Counted from the first letter of the stretch, positions 9,700-18,421 are shown. The stretch: 32,000 nucleotides of DNA from an uncultured Planctomycetia bacterium (GCA_964536865.1 CAZHYN010000014.1:11157-43156), one strand, 5' to 3'. Numbers and translations are program-made. Notes: generated from the sequence alone by a model not told the origin.

Positions 9700-10077
9700 T
9701 TAGCCGAGTTCTTCCAGATTGGTCTTTTCCTTCTCTCGCACGATAAGAAGAATAGCGGATTGTGGAACAACCAAGTATTTTTTCTTTTCAAACTCAACTT
9801 CCACTGCGGAATCTTTTAAAAATATGCAATAATCTCCTTCCTTCGCTTGAAGAGGAAAATATTTACCTTTGCTTCGGGAAACTCTCCAAGGTTCCTCATC
9901 TAAAATAGTAGGGTCAAATATAGGATAGCCAGGGCCTGCTTTTATTACCTTTCCGCTTTGGACCTTTTCTTTATCTTTTACTGTTTGAGGAAGGTAGAGT
10001 CCATAGTCAGTTAGATTTTCCCCTTCATCAGGTTCAATTAAAATTTTATCTCCTACTGGTATTAATTCTTTCTCCAT
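9700..10077 (-). CDS. GroES/Cpn10-family co-chaperonin-like protein, long variant, with no adjacent groEL
   Basis: 125-aa ORF. IPVGDKILIEPDE...GLYLPQTVKDKEKVQSGKVIKAGPG follows the Cpn10 pattern (mobile loop, then GxVxAxGPG). An insertion of about 20-30 aa follows GPG, before FPLQAKEGDYCIF...YLVVPQSAILLIV. Confidence 0.65.
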   Translation of the reverse strand: MEKELIPVGDKILIEPDEGENLTDYGLYLPQTVKDKEKVQSGKVIKAGPGYPIFDPTILDEEPWRVSRSKGKYFPLQAKEGDYCIFLKDSAVEVEFEKKKYLVVPQSAILLIVREKEKTNLEELG

Positions 10078-10087
10078 ACTTATCTTA

Positions 10088-10116
10088 AGTGTAATAATTT
10101 ATAGCGAGAAAGTCAA
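10088..10116 (-). promoter_or_regulatory. Candidate sigma70-type promoter upstream of the GroES-like gene
   Basis: The minus strand reads TTGACT (10116-10111), 17 nt, TACACT (10093-10088). Then 10 nt precede the ATG at 10077, with no clear Shine-Dalgarno. Confidence 0.3.
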
Positions 10117-10127
10117 GGGGAGAGAAA

Positions 10128-10327
10128 CTAAAAGTTTGCTTTTACTCCCATCTTATACCAACGGCCATTTCCCTTTATATCTATCGTTTCATAGTAATTT
10201 TGGTTGAATATATTCGTTTCTTTAATAAAAAACCTTAGATAGGAGAAAACTCTATTCTTTGAGAGAATCCTGTAAAGTAGTTGCAGAAACTTAACAAGCC
10301 TACTAAGACAAGAACTCGTCTTCTCAT
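10128..10327 (-). pseudogene. Remnant of an outer-membrane beta-barrel (TonB-dependent-receptor-like) gene: signal peptide fused out of frame to the C-terminal beta-signal
   Basis: Read by hand. ATG at 10327 opens a 30-codon ORF, MRRRVLVLVGLLSFCNYFTGFSQRIEFSPI*, with stop at 10237-10235. This is signal-peptide-like. A different frame with no start codon reads ...KNRVFSYLRFFIKETNIFNQNYYETIDIKGNGRWYKMGVKANF*, with stop at 10130-10128. That ending (N-hydrophobic-F-(D/N)-x-x-Y-Y, then GR..., then alternating hydrophobics and a terminal Phe) is the classic OMP/TBDR C-terminus. Confidence 0.4.
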
Positions 10328-10333
10328 TAAATC

Positions 10334-11044
10334 TTAGGAGAATAAGTTGAGAGCTTGCTTAAGTTCTATCTTTCTTTCATATATAGCTCTTCCTAGAATC
10401 ACGCCATATACAAAAGGAGCTTCTTGGTAGATTAACTTTATGTGGGAAATGTTAGCAATTCCTCCCGAAACAATGAATTTAACTTGATGAAAGGAGGTTA
10501 GTTTCTTTATTCCTTCTATATTTGGCCCTTTTAAAGTACCATCACGAAAAATATCTGTATAGATTATCCAAGTGATGCCTTTTTCTGTTAAGAGTTGGAT
10601 GAATTCGTAGGGATTTAAATCTGTCTCTTTTTTCCAACCTTCATAGTGAATCCTGCCAAAAAGAACATCCACGCTTACTCCTATATGTTCTTTAAATCTT
10701 GAAATAGCACCAGACAAAAAATCTTCATCTAAGGCTTTGGTACCTAAAATAATTTTTTCTGCACCTATTTTGAGAAGCTCTTCTCCTCGCTGTATGTTTC
10801 TTATTCCACCTCCTACTTGGAATCTCACTCCTAATTTACTAATTTCTTTGATTAATGGTAAATTATCTCCTTCCCCGAAAGAAGCATTCAAATCTACAAT
10901 ATGAAAAAATTTAGCTCCCTCATCTTTCCATTGAGAAACCACACCTAAAGGGTCTTCGCTGTAGATGCGAGTGAATTCCCTCTTTCCTTGGTAAAGCCTT
11001 ACTACTTTTCCATCTAAGATATCTACCGCAGGTATGATAAGCAT
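10334..11044 (-). CDS. hisA: 1-(5-phosphoribosyl)-5-[(5-phosphoribosylamino)methylideneamino]imidazole-4-carboxamide isomerase
   Basis: 236-aa ORF. MLIIPAVDILDGKVVRLYQG is the HisA N-terminus. VGGGIRN and SGGIANISHI are the two phosphate-binding half-barrel motifs. The gene follows hisB with a 1-nt gap. Confidence 0.9.
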   Translation of the reverse strand: MLIIPAVDILDGKVVRLYQGKREFTRIYSEDPLGVVSQWKDEGAKFFHIVDLNASFGEGDNLPLIKEISKLGVRFQVGGGIRNIQRGEELLKIGAEKIILGTKALDEDFLSGAISRFKEHIGVSVDVLFGRIHYEGWKKETDLNPYEFIQLLTEKGITWIIYTDIFRDGTLKGPNIEGIKKLTSFHQVKFIVSGGIANISHIKLIYQEAPFVYGVILGRAIYERKIELKQALNLFS

Positions 11045-11045
11045 T

Positions 11046-11633
11046 TCAATCTAACTTACCTTTAGTGGTAGGTAAATCTTTCTTTCTAGGATTTATTCTA
11101 CTAGCTTCCTTTAAGGCTAAAGCTAATGCCTTAAAAGACGCTTCCAGTATATGATGAAGATCCTCTCCTTCTAAAATATCTAAATGGAGGTTTATTTTAG
11201 CATAGTCTGTAAAAGCTTTAAGGAACTGCTTAAAGTGAGAATAAGTATAGATTACTTTTGGGGTAGGGATATTTTTAGGTTTCACTTTAAGAAAAGGTCG
11301 TCCGCTTATATCTACAACACATCTTACTAAAGTTTCATCCATACAAACGAAGCCAGTTCCAAATCTTTCGATTCTCTCTTTTTTACCTAACGCTTTATAG
11401 AAAGCCTCCCCCAAACTTATTCCTATATCTTCGTTAGTATGATGTAAATCTACATCTAGATCTCCTTTGGCTTTAAGTTTTAAGTCAAATAATCCATGCT
11501 TAGCAAATAGAGAAAGCATATGATTTAAAAAACTTATACCACTCTCTATTTTATACTTTCCTTTGCCATCGAGCTTTAGCTCCAATTCGATATTTACTTC
11601 TTTGGTTATTCTTCTTATCTTCGCTTTTCTCAT
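11046..11633 (-). CDS. hisB: Imidazoleglycerol-phosphate dehydratase
   Basis: 195-aa ORF with the IGPD signatures DLHHTNEDIGISLGEAF and GEDLHHILEASFKALALAL. Confidence 0.9.
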   Translation of the reverse strand: MRKAKIRRITKEVNIELELKLDGKGKYKIESGISFLNHMLSLFAKHGLFDLKLKAKGDLDVDLHHTNEDIGISLGEAFYKALGKKERIERFGTGFVCMDETLVRCVVDISGRPFLKVKPKNIPTPKVIYTYSHFKQFLKAFTDYAKINLHLDILEGEDLHHILEASFKALALALKEASRINPRKKDLPTTKGKLD

Positions 11634-11653
11634 TATTCTTCCTCCTTTTCATA

Positions 11654-12868
11654 TTATAATCGCTTCTTTACACTTTCAATGTGCTTTGCCATTCCTTCTA
11701 AGGATGCTATTTTTTCCAGAGCAGGAAATTCTTCAGTAAGGGCTTTCTTCGTATAGCTTACAATATGGATTTCTCTCAAAAAATCATTCAGAGTCAAACC
11801 AGAGAAAAATCTTGCTGCAGATTGAGTAGGAAGAACGTGACTTGGTCCAGCTAAATAGTCTCCTAAAGCTACTGGCGAATTTTCTCCCAGAAAAACTGCC
11901 CCTACGTTTCTAATTTTTTTAACAAGCTTATAAGGTTTTTTAGTTAAAATTTCTAAGTGCTCAGGAGCAATCCTATTTGCTACACTACAAGCTTCTTCTA
12001 AACTCCTTACTCTTACTACGAACCCGTTTAATCTCTTTCTTCTTAATTGATTAGCAATCTTTTTAGAATTAGTAATTACTATTCCTAACCCTTGACGGTG
12101 TTCAGTTTGAGCTTCCAAATCAGCAACGATATAGTCCAAGTTAGCATCTTTAGAAGCAATAATAACTATCTCGGAGGGACCAGCAAGTAAATCTATATCT
12201 ACTTGACCAAATACTTGACGTTTAGCTTCTGTAACAAACTCATTGCCTGGACCAATAATTTTATCTACTTTCTTTATCATCTTTGTCCCATAAGCTAAAG
12301 CAGCTATAGCTTGAGCTCCTCCTACCTTGTAGATTTCTTTTATCTTAAGGAGAGAAGCTACTGCTAGAATGAAAGGATTTATAGTTTTTTGCTTAGTGGG
12401 TGGTGATACCAAAACTATCTCTTTTACTCCTGCTACAATAGCAGGAATGGCTGTCATATATACAGTAGAAACTAAAGGAAATTGCCCAGCAGGAACGTAA
12501 ATTCCTACTCTTTCTAAAGGGATGTAACTTACTTTTAAAACCTTCCCATTAGCCTCCTTTACTTTAGTAGACTTAGGAGTTTGAAATTTGTAGAATTTAG
12601 TTACATTATCTATGGCTAACTTAAGGCTCGAAATAATAGAAGAATTGAGTTCATTGAAAGAAGCACTAATTTCTGCTTCAGAAATCCTTAACTCTTTTAC
12701 GCTTAACTTTACTTTATCAAATCTTTTTGTATATTCGATTAAAGCTTGGTCGCCTTTCTCTCTTACGTCTTTCAGTATCTTAGCAACTTTCTCTTCCATA
12801 CTCTTCTTTTTGTTTCTTTTTTTCTCTAATGTCTTTTCTAAATTAGTCAGATTTCTTAGAAGACGCAT
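11654..12868 (-). CDS. hisD: Histidinol dehydrogenase
   Basis: 404-aa ORF containing GDQALIEYTKRFD, IVAGVKEIVLVSPP, GPGNEFVTEAKRQV, LAGPSEI, QTEH and APEHLEI. The start overlaps the alaS 3' end by 13 nt. Confidence 0.9.
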   Translation of the reverse strand: MRLLRNLTNLEKTLEKKRNKKKSMEEKVAKILKDVREKGDQALIEYTKRFDKVKLSVKELRISEAEISASFNELNSSIISSLKLAIDNVTKFYKFQTPKSTKVKEANGKVLKVSYIPLERVGIYVPAGQFPLVSTVYMTAIPAIVAGVKEIVLVSPPTKQKTINPFILAVASLLKIKEIYKVGGAQAIAALAYGTKMIKKVDKIIGPGNEFVTEAKRQVFGQVDIDLLAGPSEIVIIASKDANLDYIVADLEAQTEHRQGLGIVITNSKKIANQLRRKRLNGFVVRVRSLEEACSVANRIAPEHLEILTKKPYKLVKKIRNVGAVFLGENSPVALGDYLAGPSHVLPTQSAARFFSGLTLNDFLREIHIVSYTKKALTEEFPALEKIASLEGMAKHIESVKKRL

Positions 12869-15489
12869 GATAGAAACTCCTCTAAAACCAGGACCAATCT
12901 ATCTTTAAAAGAAGAAAAATTACTATCTTTAAATACTCCCTGACAGACAGAAGCCTTTCCGCCTCCTCTTAGATTCAGAGTTTCTTTGTATTTAGAAACA
13001 AACTCCTTGCAAGAGAAGCCTTTGGTTTCTAACTCTTTAGTAACTGCTAAAACAAAGATAGAACCCTCTTTTGTGGGAGAGGATAGAAATACAATACAAG
13101 AAGAGAGTCTTTCTCTGACTTTGTCGCTAAGATAGAGAAGATGTGAATAATCTTTATTAGGAAGTTGAGTAATTACCACCTTTATCTCTTTTACTTGATA
13201 GCTACTATTACTTATTATTTCATCTATTTTGGAATTTAATATCTCCTTCTCTAAGTTCTCTACTTTCTCCTTTTGTAACTTTAACTCCACATTAAGCTCA
13301 TTAATCCTTTTTAAAATTTCCTCTTCTTCTTTTGTTCTCAGAAGGGCTGATAAATTCTCCACTAAATTTTTATAAAAAGAGTATTTCTTATAAGCTAACT
13401 TTCCTGTTAAAGCTTCGATCCTTCTTACTCCACTGCTGATTGAAGACTCTGAGATGATACAAAAACTCCCTATTTGAGAAGTATTATCCAAATGGGTGCC
13501 TCCACACAACTCTTTACTATAAGAAGCTATAGATACCATCCTTACATATTTAGAATATTTCTCCTCAAAGAATGCCAAAGCTTTTTCTTTCTTTGCTTCC
13601 TCATAAGGAACTATCTTTTTCTCAACCTTATCAGCTCTAACAATAAACTCATTAACCAACTCTTCCACTCTAGTCAGTTCTTGGGGAGTTAAACTTTTAA
13701 AATGAGTAAAATCAAATCTTAATCTATCAGGAGCCACCAAAGAACCTTGCTGAGTTACATGGGTACCTAAGACCTTCCTTAGAGCTGCTTGAAGAAGATG
13801 AGTAGCAGTGTGTGCTCGCATAATGGCAAATCTCCTTTCGTCATCTACAGAAGCTAAAGCCACGGTGGGAGTAATAATTCCTTCTTCTACTTTACCTATG
13901 TGAATGATTATATCTTTGAGTTTTTTCACATCTTCCACAAGAAATTTCCCCTCTTCGGTAGCAATCAATCCTTTATCAGGGAGTTGACCTCCTGATTCAG
14001 GATAAAAAGGCGTTTTATCTAAAATAAGTATCCCTTTATCTCCTTTAGAGAGTTTATCTATTTTTTTATTTTCTTTAACAATGCCTATAATTTTAGATGT
14101 ATAAGATAAGTCTGTGTATCCTATAAACTCAGTAGGCTCAAAATCAGGAAAGTCTTGAGAGAAAAAAATCTCTTCTTCAAACATACTTCTACTTCGTGAA
14201 AGTTCTTTTTGAATCTGTAAAATCTTATCAAATCCTTCCCAATCTACTTGATAATTTCCCTTTTTTGCTAAATCCTCTATCAATTCTGGTCCAAAACCAT
14301 AGGTATCATAAAGCTTAAATACTTCCTCTCCTTTTAAAAACCTTCTCCCTTCTCTTTTTGTATTTTCTAAAATAAGAGAAAAAAATCTCCTTCCACTATC
14401 AATTGTTCTAAAAAATTTTTCTTCTTCAGCAAGAATTACCGCCGAAATATCTTCTTTTTTCTCCCATACTTCAGGATAAGGATTTCTCATAAGTTCTCCG
14501 TAGATAGGCACAAGTTTATAGAGAAAAGGAGCTTTTCTCTTTAAGCTATAACCGTGATATAAAGCTCTTCTTATTAACTTTCTCACTATATACCCTCTCT
14601 CCTCATTAGAAGGAAATATCCCATCACAGATAGCAAAAGTTACCGCTCTAGTATGGTCTACGATAGCGTTAATTAAAGCGTCTTTAGAGGAATCTTTGAG
14701 ATCAACTTTTAAAATCTCTTTTACAAATTGATTAGGTGGAAAAAGGATATCAATATGAAAATTTGTTTCCTTACCCTGAAGAATAGAAGCCATTCTTTCT
14801 AGTCCCATTCCTGTATCGATGTTCTTCTGAGGCAAAGGTTCTAAATTATTTTCTCCTACCCGATTAAATTGAGTAAATACCAAGTTCCATATTTCTACAA
14901 ATCTGCCGCAGTCACAAGCAGGAGAACATTCTTTCCTTCTACACCCAACTTCCTCTCCTCTATCAAAGAAAATTTCTGAACAAGGCCCACAGGGTCCATT
15001 GGGTCCCTTAGTAGGAGCACTAGCAGGCCAGAAATTTTTATCTTCTCCTAACTTTACTATCTTATTTTTATTTATTCCTATCTTTTTAAGCCAATAAGTA
15101 AGTGCTTCTCCATCATCCTGATATACAGAAATCCATAAGTTATTTTCAGGAAGATTTAAAACTTTAGTAAGAAATTCCCAAGCAAATTCAATTGCTTCTT
15201 TTTTGAAGTAATCGCCAAAGGAAAAATTACCTAGCATTTCAAAGAAAGTATGATGATAGGCAGTTTTGCCTACTTTTTCTAGGTCATCGGTACGCAAACA
15301 CTTCTGACAAGAAGCGGCACGCTTTAAGTCTTTCTTCTCTCCTAAAAAGTAAGGTTTAAACTGATTCATGCCTGCGGAAGTAAAAAGTAAAGAGGGATCA
15401 AGAGAAACCAGAGAATCAGAAGGAAAAATTCTATGTTCTTTACTTTTAAAAAAATCTAAAAATTTACTCCTCAATAAGTCTGTTTTCAT
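12856..15489 (-). CDS. alaS: Alanine--tRNA ligase
   Basis: 877-aa ORF. The N-terminus FLDFFKSKEHRIFPSDSL...FTSAGMNQFKPYF and FFEMLGNFSFGDYFK are class II AlaRS core motifs. The editing domain has HTATHLL and CGGTH. A C-terminal DHHA1-like region (GGGKASVCQG) is present. Confidence 0.95.
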   Translation of the reverse strand: MKTDLLRSKFLDFFKSKEHRIFPSDSLVSLDPSLLFTSAGMNQFKPYFLGEKKDLKRAASCQKCLRTDDLEKVGKTAYHHTFFEMLGNFSFGDYFKKEAIEFAWEFLTKVLNLPENNLWISVYQDDGEALTYWLKKIGINKNKIVKLGEDKNFWPASAPTKGPNGPCGPCSEIFFDRGEEVGCRRKECSPACDCGRFVEIWNLVFTQFNRVGENNLEPLPQKNIDTGMGLERMASILQGKETNFHIDILFPPNQFVKEILKVDLKDSSKDALINAIVDHTRAVTFAICDGIFPSNEERGYIVRKLIRRALYHGYSLKRKAPFLYKLVPIYGELMRNPYPEVWEKKEDISAVILAEEEKFFRTIDSGRRFFSLILENTKREGRRFLKGEEVFKLYDTYGFGPELIEDLAKKGNYQVDWEGFDKILQIQKELSRSRSMFEEEIFFSQDFPDFEPTEFIGYTDLSYTSKIIGIVKENKKIDKLSKGDKGILILDKTPFYPESGGQLPDKGLIATEEGKFLVEDVKKLKDIIIHIGKVEEGIITPTVALASVDDERRFAIMRAHTATHLLQAALRKVLGTHVTQQGSLVAPDRLRFDFTHFKSLTPQELTRVEELVNEFIVRADKVEKKIVPYEEAKKEKALAFFEEKYSKYVRMVSIASYSKELCGGTHLDNTSQIGSFCIISESSISSGVRRIEALTGKLAYKKYSFYKNLVENLSALLRTKEEEEILKRINELNVELKLQKEKVENLEKEILNSKIDEIISNSSYQVKEIKVVITQLPNKDYSHLLYLSDKVRERLSSCIVFLSSPTKEGSIFVLAVTKELETKGFSCKEFVSKYKETLNLRGGGKASVCQGVFKDSNFSSFKDRLVLVLEEFLSCVF

Positions 15490-15934
15490 CTTTTTCTAAA
15501 TATCTTAGAATCTCATCATAAGAAAATCCTCTCTGGAGAAGATAATGCATAATTTTTTCTCTTCTTTTTTTTTCATTTTTATATTTTCTATTAAGCTTGC
15601 CAATCAGTCTTCTTAATATTTCCTGCTGATTAAATTCTTTTTCTGCTTTCTGTAAAATTTCTTCTGCTAGAGAATGATGAATACCTAATCTTCCCAAATC
15701 AAAAAGAATTTTTCTTTTACCGAAACCATGTTCTACTCTTTCTTTAATAAAAGCATAAGTAAATTCTCTATCATTAATGTAGTTATGTTCCTGAAGGTAG
15801 TCTATTACTTTTTCAATAATAGAATCTTCAAACCTCTTTTTCTTGAGGCGGTCTTTTATTTCCTTAATAGTTCTTAATCTATACTTTAAAAGAAGAAAGG
15901 AATAGTTTAAAGCTTTTTTAAATTGATCAATCAA
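15464..15934 (-). CDS. recX: Recombination regulator RecX
   Basis: 156-aa ORF with the RecX three-repeat helical pattern: ALNYSFLLLKYRLRTIKEIKDRLKKKRF...IIEKVIDYLQEHNYINDREF...GKRKILFDLGRLGI. It overlaps the alaS start by 26 nt. Confidence 0.8.
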   Translation of the reverse strand: MIDQFKKALNYSFLLLKYRLRTIKEIKDRLKKKRFEDSIIEKVIDYLQEHNYINDREFTYAFIKERVEHGFGKRKILFDLGRLGIHHSLAEEILQKAEKEFNQQEILRRLIGKLNRKYKNEKKRREKIMHYLLQRGFSYDEILRYLEKDENRLIEE

Positions 15935-15936
15935 AA

Positions 15937-17358
15937 TTAATCTTCTTTTAGAACAAAATAACCTCTGTTAGTCTTCACTAAGCACTTACCTTTAATTTTG
16001 GAGACCACTCGTTTAAAATCTTCTTTATCTTTTACTCTATTTCCTTCGATATTTAAAATAACATCTCCTATTTCCAAACCCGACTTTTCTGCAGGAGAAT
16101 CTTCTTCAATCTCTACAATAACAACTCCCTCTTTTTCTTTTATTCTAAATCTTCTTTGTAAATAAGGGGTAATGTTTTCTACTTTCATTCCTCTAAAGAC
16201 ATATCCCTCTTTTACTGATTCTTCTAATTCTCGGATATCTTCGGGACGTTTACCTACTTTCACTATTAAAGTAATTTCTTTACCCGAACGTAATACCACT
16301 ACCGGAATTTTCTCTCCTACTTGAGTGGAAGTAACCATTCTTACTAGATCTCTACTTGCCTTTACTTTCCTATTATTGAAAACCAAAATTAAATCTCCCT
16401 CTTTTATCCCTGCACGTTCTGCAGGAGAATCTTTAAATACTTTAACAACAATTACTCCTTCTTTCTCCTTTATACCAAAGTAACTTCTTAAATCCTCATT
16501 TAGATCTTGAATACTTACTCCTAACCATCCATAAAGTATTTTCTCTCCTCTTATTAACTTCTTAAGGATTCGTTTAGCTTTGTTTATAGGAATAGCAAAC
16601 CCTATACCTTCATATCCTCCACTTATAGTAATAATGGCTGTATTTATACCAATAACTTCTCCATCCAGGTTGACTAAGGGTCCTCCACTATTTCCAGGAT
16701 TTATTGCTGCGTCAGTTTGAATTAAATCATCGTAAGCTCGCTCTCTCCTTCCTAGGGAAGGTAAATACCTATGTAAGGCACTTATAACTCCCATAGTTAC
16801 TGTAGGTTCTGGATTTTCTATAGCAAATCCAAAAGGATTACCTATAGCCAACACCCACTGTCCTATTTTAACATTATCGGAATTACCTAATTCTGCCACA
16901 GGAAGATTGTGAGCTTCTATTTTTATCACTGCTAAGTCACTCCTTCTATCCTTACCTTTGAGTACAGCGTCGAATTCCCTACCGTCAGAAAGCTTTACTT
17001 TTATTTCTTTAGCACCAGCTATAACATGTTCATTAGTTAATATATAACCTTCTTTATCAATTATTACACCACTACCTAAACCTATCCTCTTGTATTCTCT
17101 CTCTGGTATTTCCCCAAAGAACTCCTCAAAAAATTTTCTAAAAAATTCATCCCCAAAATCTTCAAAAGGAGATCCTCGAAAATAAATCCCTCCTACTTTT
17201 TCTCTTACTACTGCACTGATAGAAACCACTGCTTCCCCTACCTGTTTAGCAACTTTTATAGTAGCTTCTTCTAAATCTTTTATTCGTTGGGAAAATCCTG
17301 AAAAAGGAATAGTTACAAAAAAGGAAAGAAATATTACAATAGTCAACACTCTTTTCAT
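15937..17358 (-). CDS. htrA: Periplasmic HtrA/DegP/DegQ-family serine protease with two PDZ domains
   Basis: 473-aa ORF with an N-terminal signal peptide (MKRVLTIVIFLSFFVTIPFSGFSQ). The catalytic triad contexts are TNEHVI, SDLAVIKI and GNSGGPL. Two PDZ-like repeats are present (SPAERAGIKEGDLIL and SPAEKSGLEIGDVIL). A GGAGG Shine-Dalgarno sits 6 nt upstream. Confidence 0.9.
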   Translation of the reverse strand: MKRVLTIVIFLSFFVTIPFSGFSQRIKDLEEATIKVAKQVGEAVVSISAVVREKVGGIYFRGSPFEDFGDEFFRKFFEEFFGEIPEREYKRIGLGSGVIIDKEGYILTNEHVIAGAKEIKVKLSDGREFDAVLKGKDRRSDLAVIKIEAHNLPVAELGNSDNVKIGQWVLAIGNPFGFAIENPEPTVTMGVISALHRYLPSLGRRERAYDDLIQTDAAINPGNSGGPLVNLDGEVIGINTAIITISGGYEGIGFAIPINKAKRILKKLIRGEKILYGWLGVSIQDLNEDLRSYFGIKEKEGVIVVKVFKDSPAERAGIKEGDLILVFNNRKVKASRDLVRMVTSTQVGEKIPVVVLRSGKEITLIVKVGKRPEDIRELEESVKEGYVFRGMKVENITPYLQRRFRIKEKEGVVIVEIEEDSPAEKSGLEIGDVILNIEGNRVKDKEDFKRVVSKIKGKCLVKTNRGYFVLKED

Positions 17359-17367
17359 TAAAACCTC

Positions 17368-18366
17368 CTATCCTCCTATTTTCTTTACTTCCTCTTCTAT
17401 TTCTTGATAGAGACTTTCCTCCTCTCTAAGAAGCTTACGCAATGATTCTCTTCCTTGAGCTAAATTTTTATCTTTATAAGAAAACCAACTCCCTGATTTC
17501 TTTATTACTCCTACAGCTAAAGCAGCATCGATTAGAGCTCCCACTTTAGAGACCCCTTCATCGTAGATTATCTCAAAAAAAGCTTCTTTAAAAGGGGGTG
17601 CTACTTTATTCTTTACTATCTTCGCTCTCACCTTACTTCCCAAAATTTTTCCATCAGAAGCAGTAATAGTAGCAATTTTTCTTAAATCTATCCTTACCGA
17701 GGCATAGAATTTTAATGCTCTTCCTCCAGGAGTAATCTCAGGAGAACCAAACATTACGCCAATTTTTTCTCTTATTTGATTGATAAACACAACACAAGTT
17801 TTAGATTTGCTTATTGCAGCAGTTAATTTTCTTAAAGCCTGACTCATAAGTCTTGCCTGAAGTCCAATCTGAGCCTCTCCCATTTCCCCTTCTATTTCTG
17901 CTCGAGGAGCTAGAGCAGCTACAGAATCAATTACAATCAAATCCACAGCATTACTTCTCACCAATGTCTCCACAATCTCTAATGCTTGTTCTCCTGTATC
18001 TGGTTGAGAAATAAGTAAATCTTCTAAATTTACTCCAATTATCTTTGCATATGTAGGATCAAAAGCATGTTCGGCATCTATAAAAGCAGCTACTCCTCCA
18101 TCTTTCTGGGCTTGAGCAATTATACTTAAAGTAAGTGTAGTCTTACCAGAAGCTTCGGGACCAAAAACTTCAATAACTCTTCCTCGAGGGAGCCCGCCCA
18201 CACCTAAAGCTTTATCCAAAGAAATTATTCCTGTAGGGATAGATTCCACATCCAATCTTACTCCTTCTCCCAAACGCATAATTGCTCCTTTACCAAATTG
18301 TTTTTCAATCTGGGAAAGAGCAAGCTCTAAAGCCTTCTGTCTATCGTTTAATCTACTTTTTTCCAT
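17368..18366 (-). CDS. recA: Recombinase RecA
   Basis: 332-aa ORF containing [13 protein letters not shown], Walker [28 protein letters not shown] and [17 protein letters not shown]. Confidence 0.97.
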   Translation of the reverse strand: MEKSRLNDRQKALELALSQIEKQFGKGAIMRLGEGVRLDVESIPTGIISLDKALGVGGLPRGRVIEVFGPEASGKTTLTLSIIAQAQKDGGVAAFIDAEHAFDPTYAKIIGVNLEDLLISQPDTGEQALEIVETLVRSNAVDLIVIDSVAALAPRAEIEGEMGEAQIGLQARLMSQALRKLTAAISKSKTCVVFINQIREKIGVMFGSPEITPGGRALKFYASVRIDLRKIATITASDGKILGSKVRAKIVKNKVAPPFKEAFFEIIYDEGVSKVGALIDAALAVGVIKKSGSWFSYKDKNLAQGRESLRKLLREEESLYQEIEEEVKKIGG

Positions 18367-18392
18367 AAGCTTCCTCCTTCTTAAATAAAGAT

Positions 18393-18421
18393 ATTATACC
18401 CTTAAGGAATAAAGATGTCAA
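18393..18421 (-). promoter_or_regulatory. Consensus sigma70 promoter for recA, followed by a strong Shine-Dalgarno
   Basis: The minus strand reads TTGACA (18421-18416), exactly 17 nt, TATAAT (18398-18393). AAGGAGGAA (18379-18371) then sits upstream of the recA ATG at 18366. The -35 overlaps the plsY stop codon (18420-18418). Confidence 0.6.
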
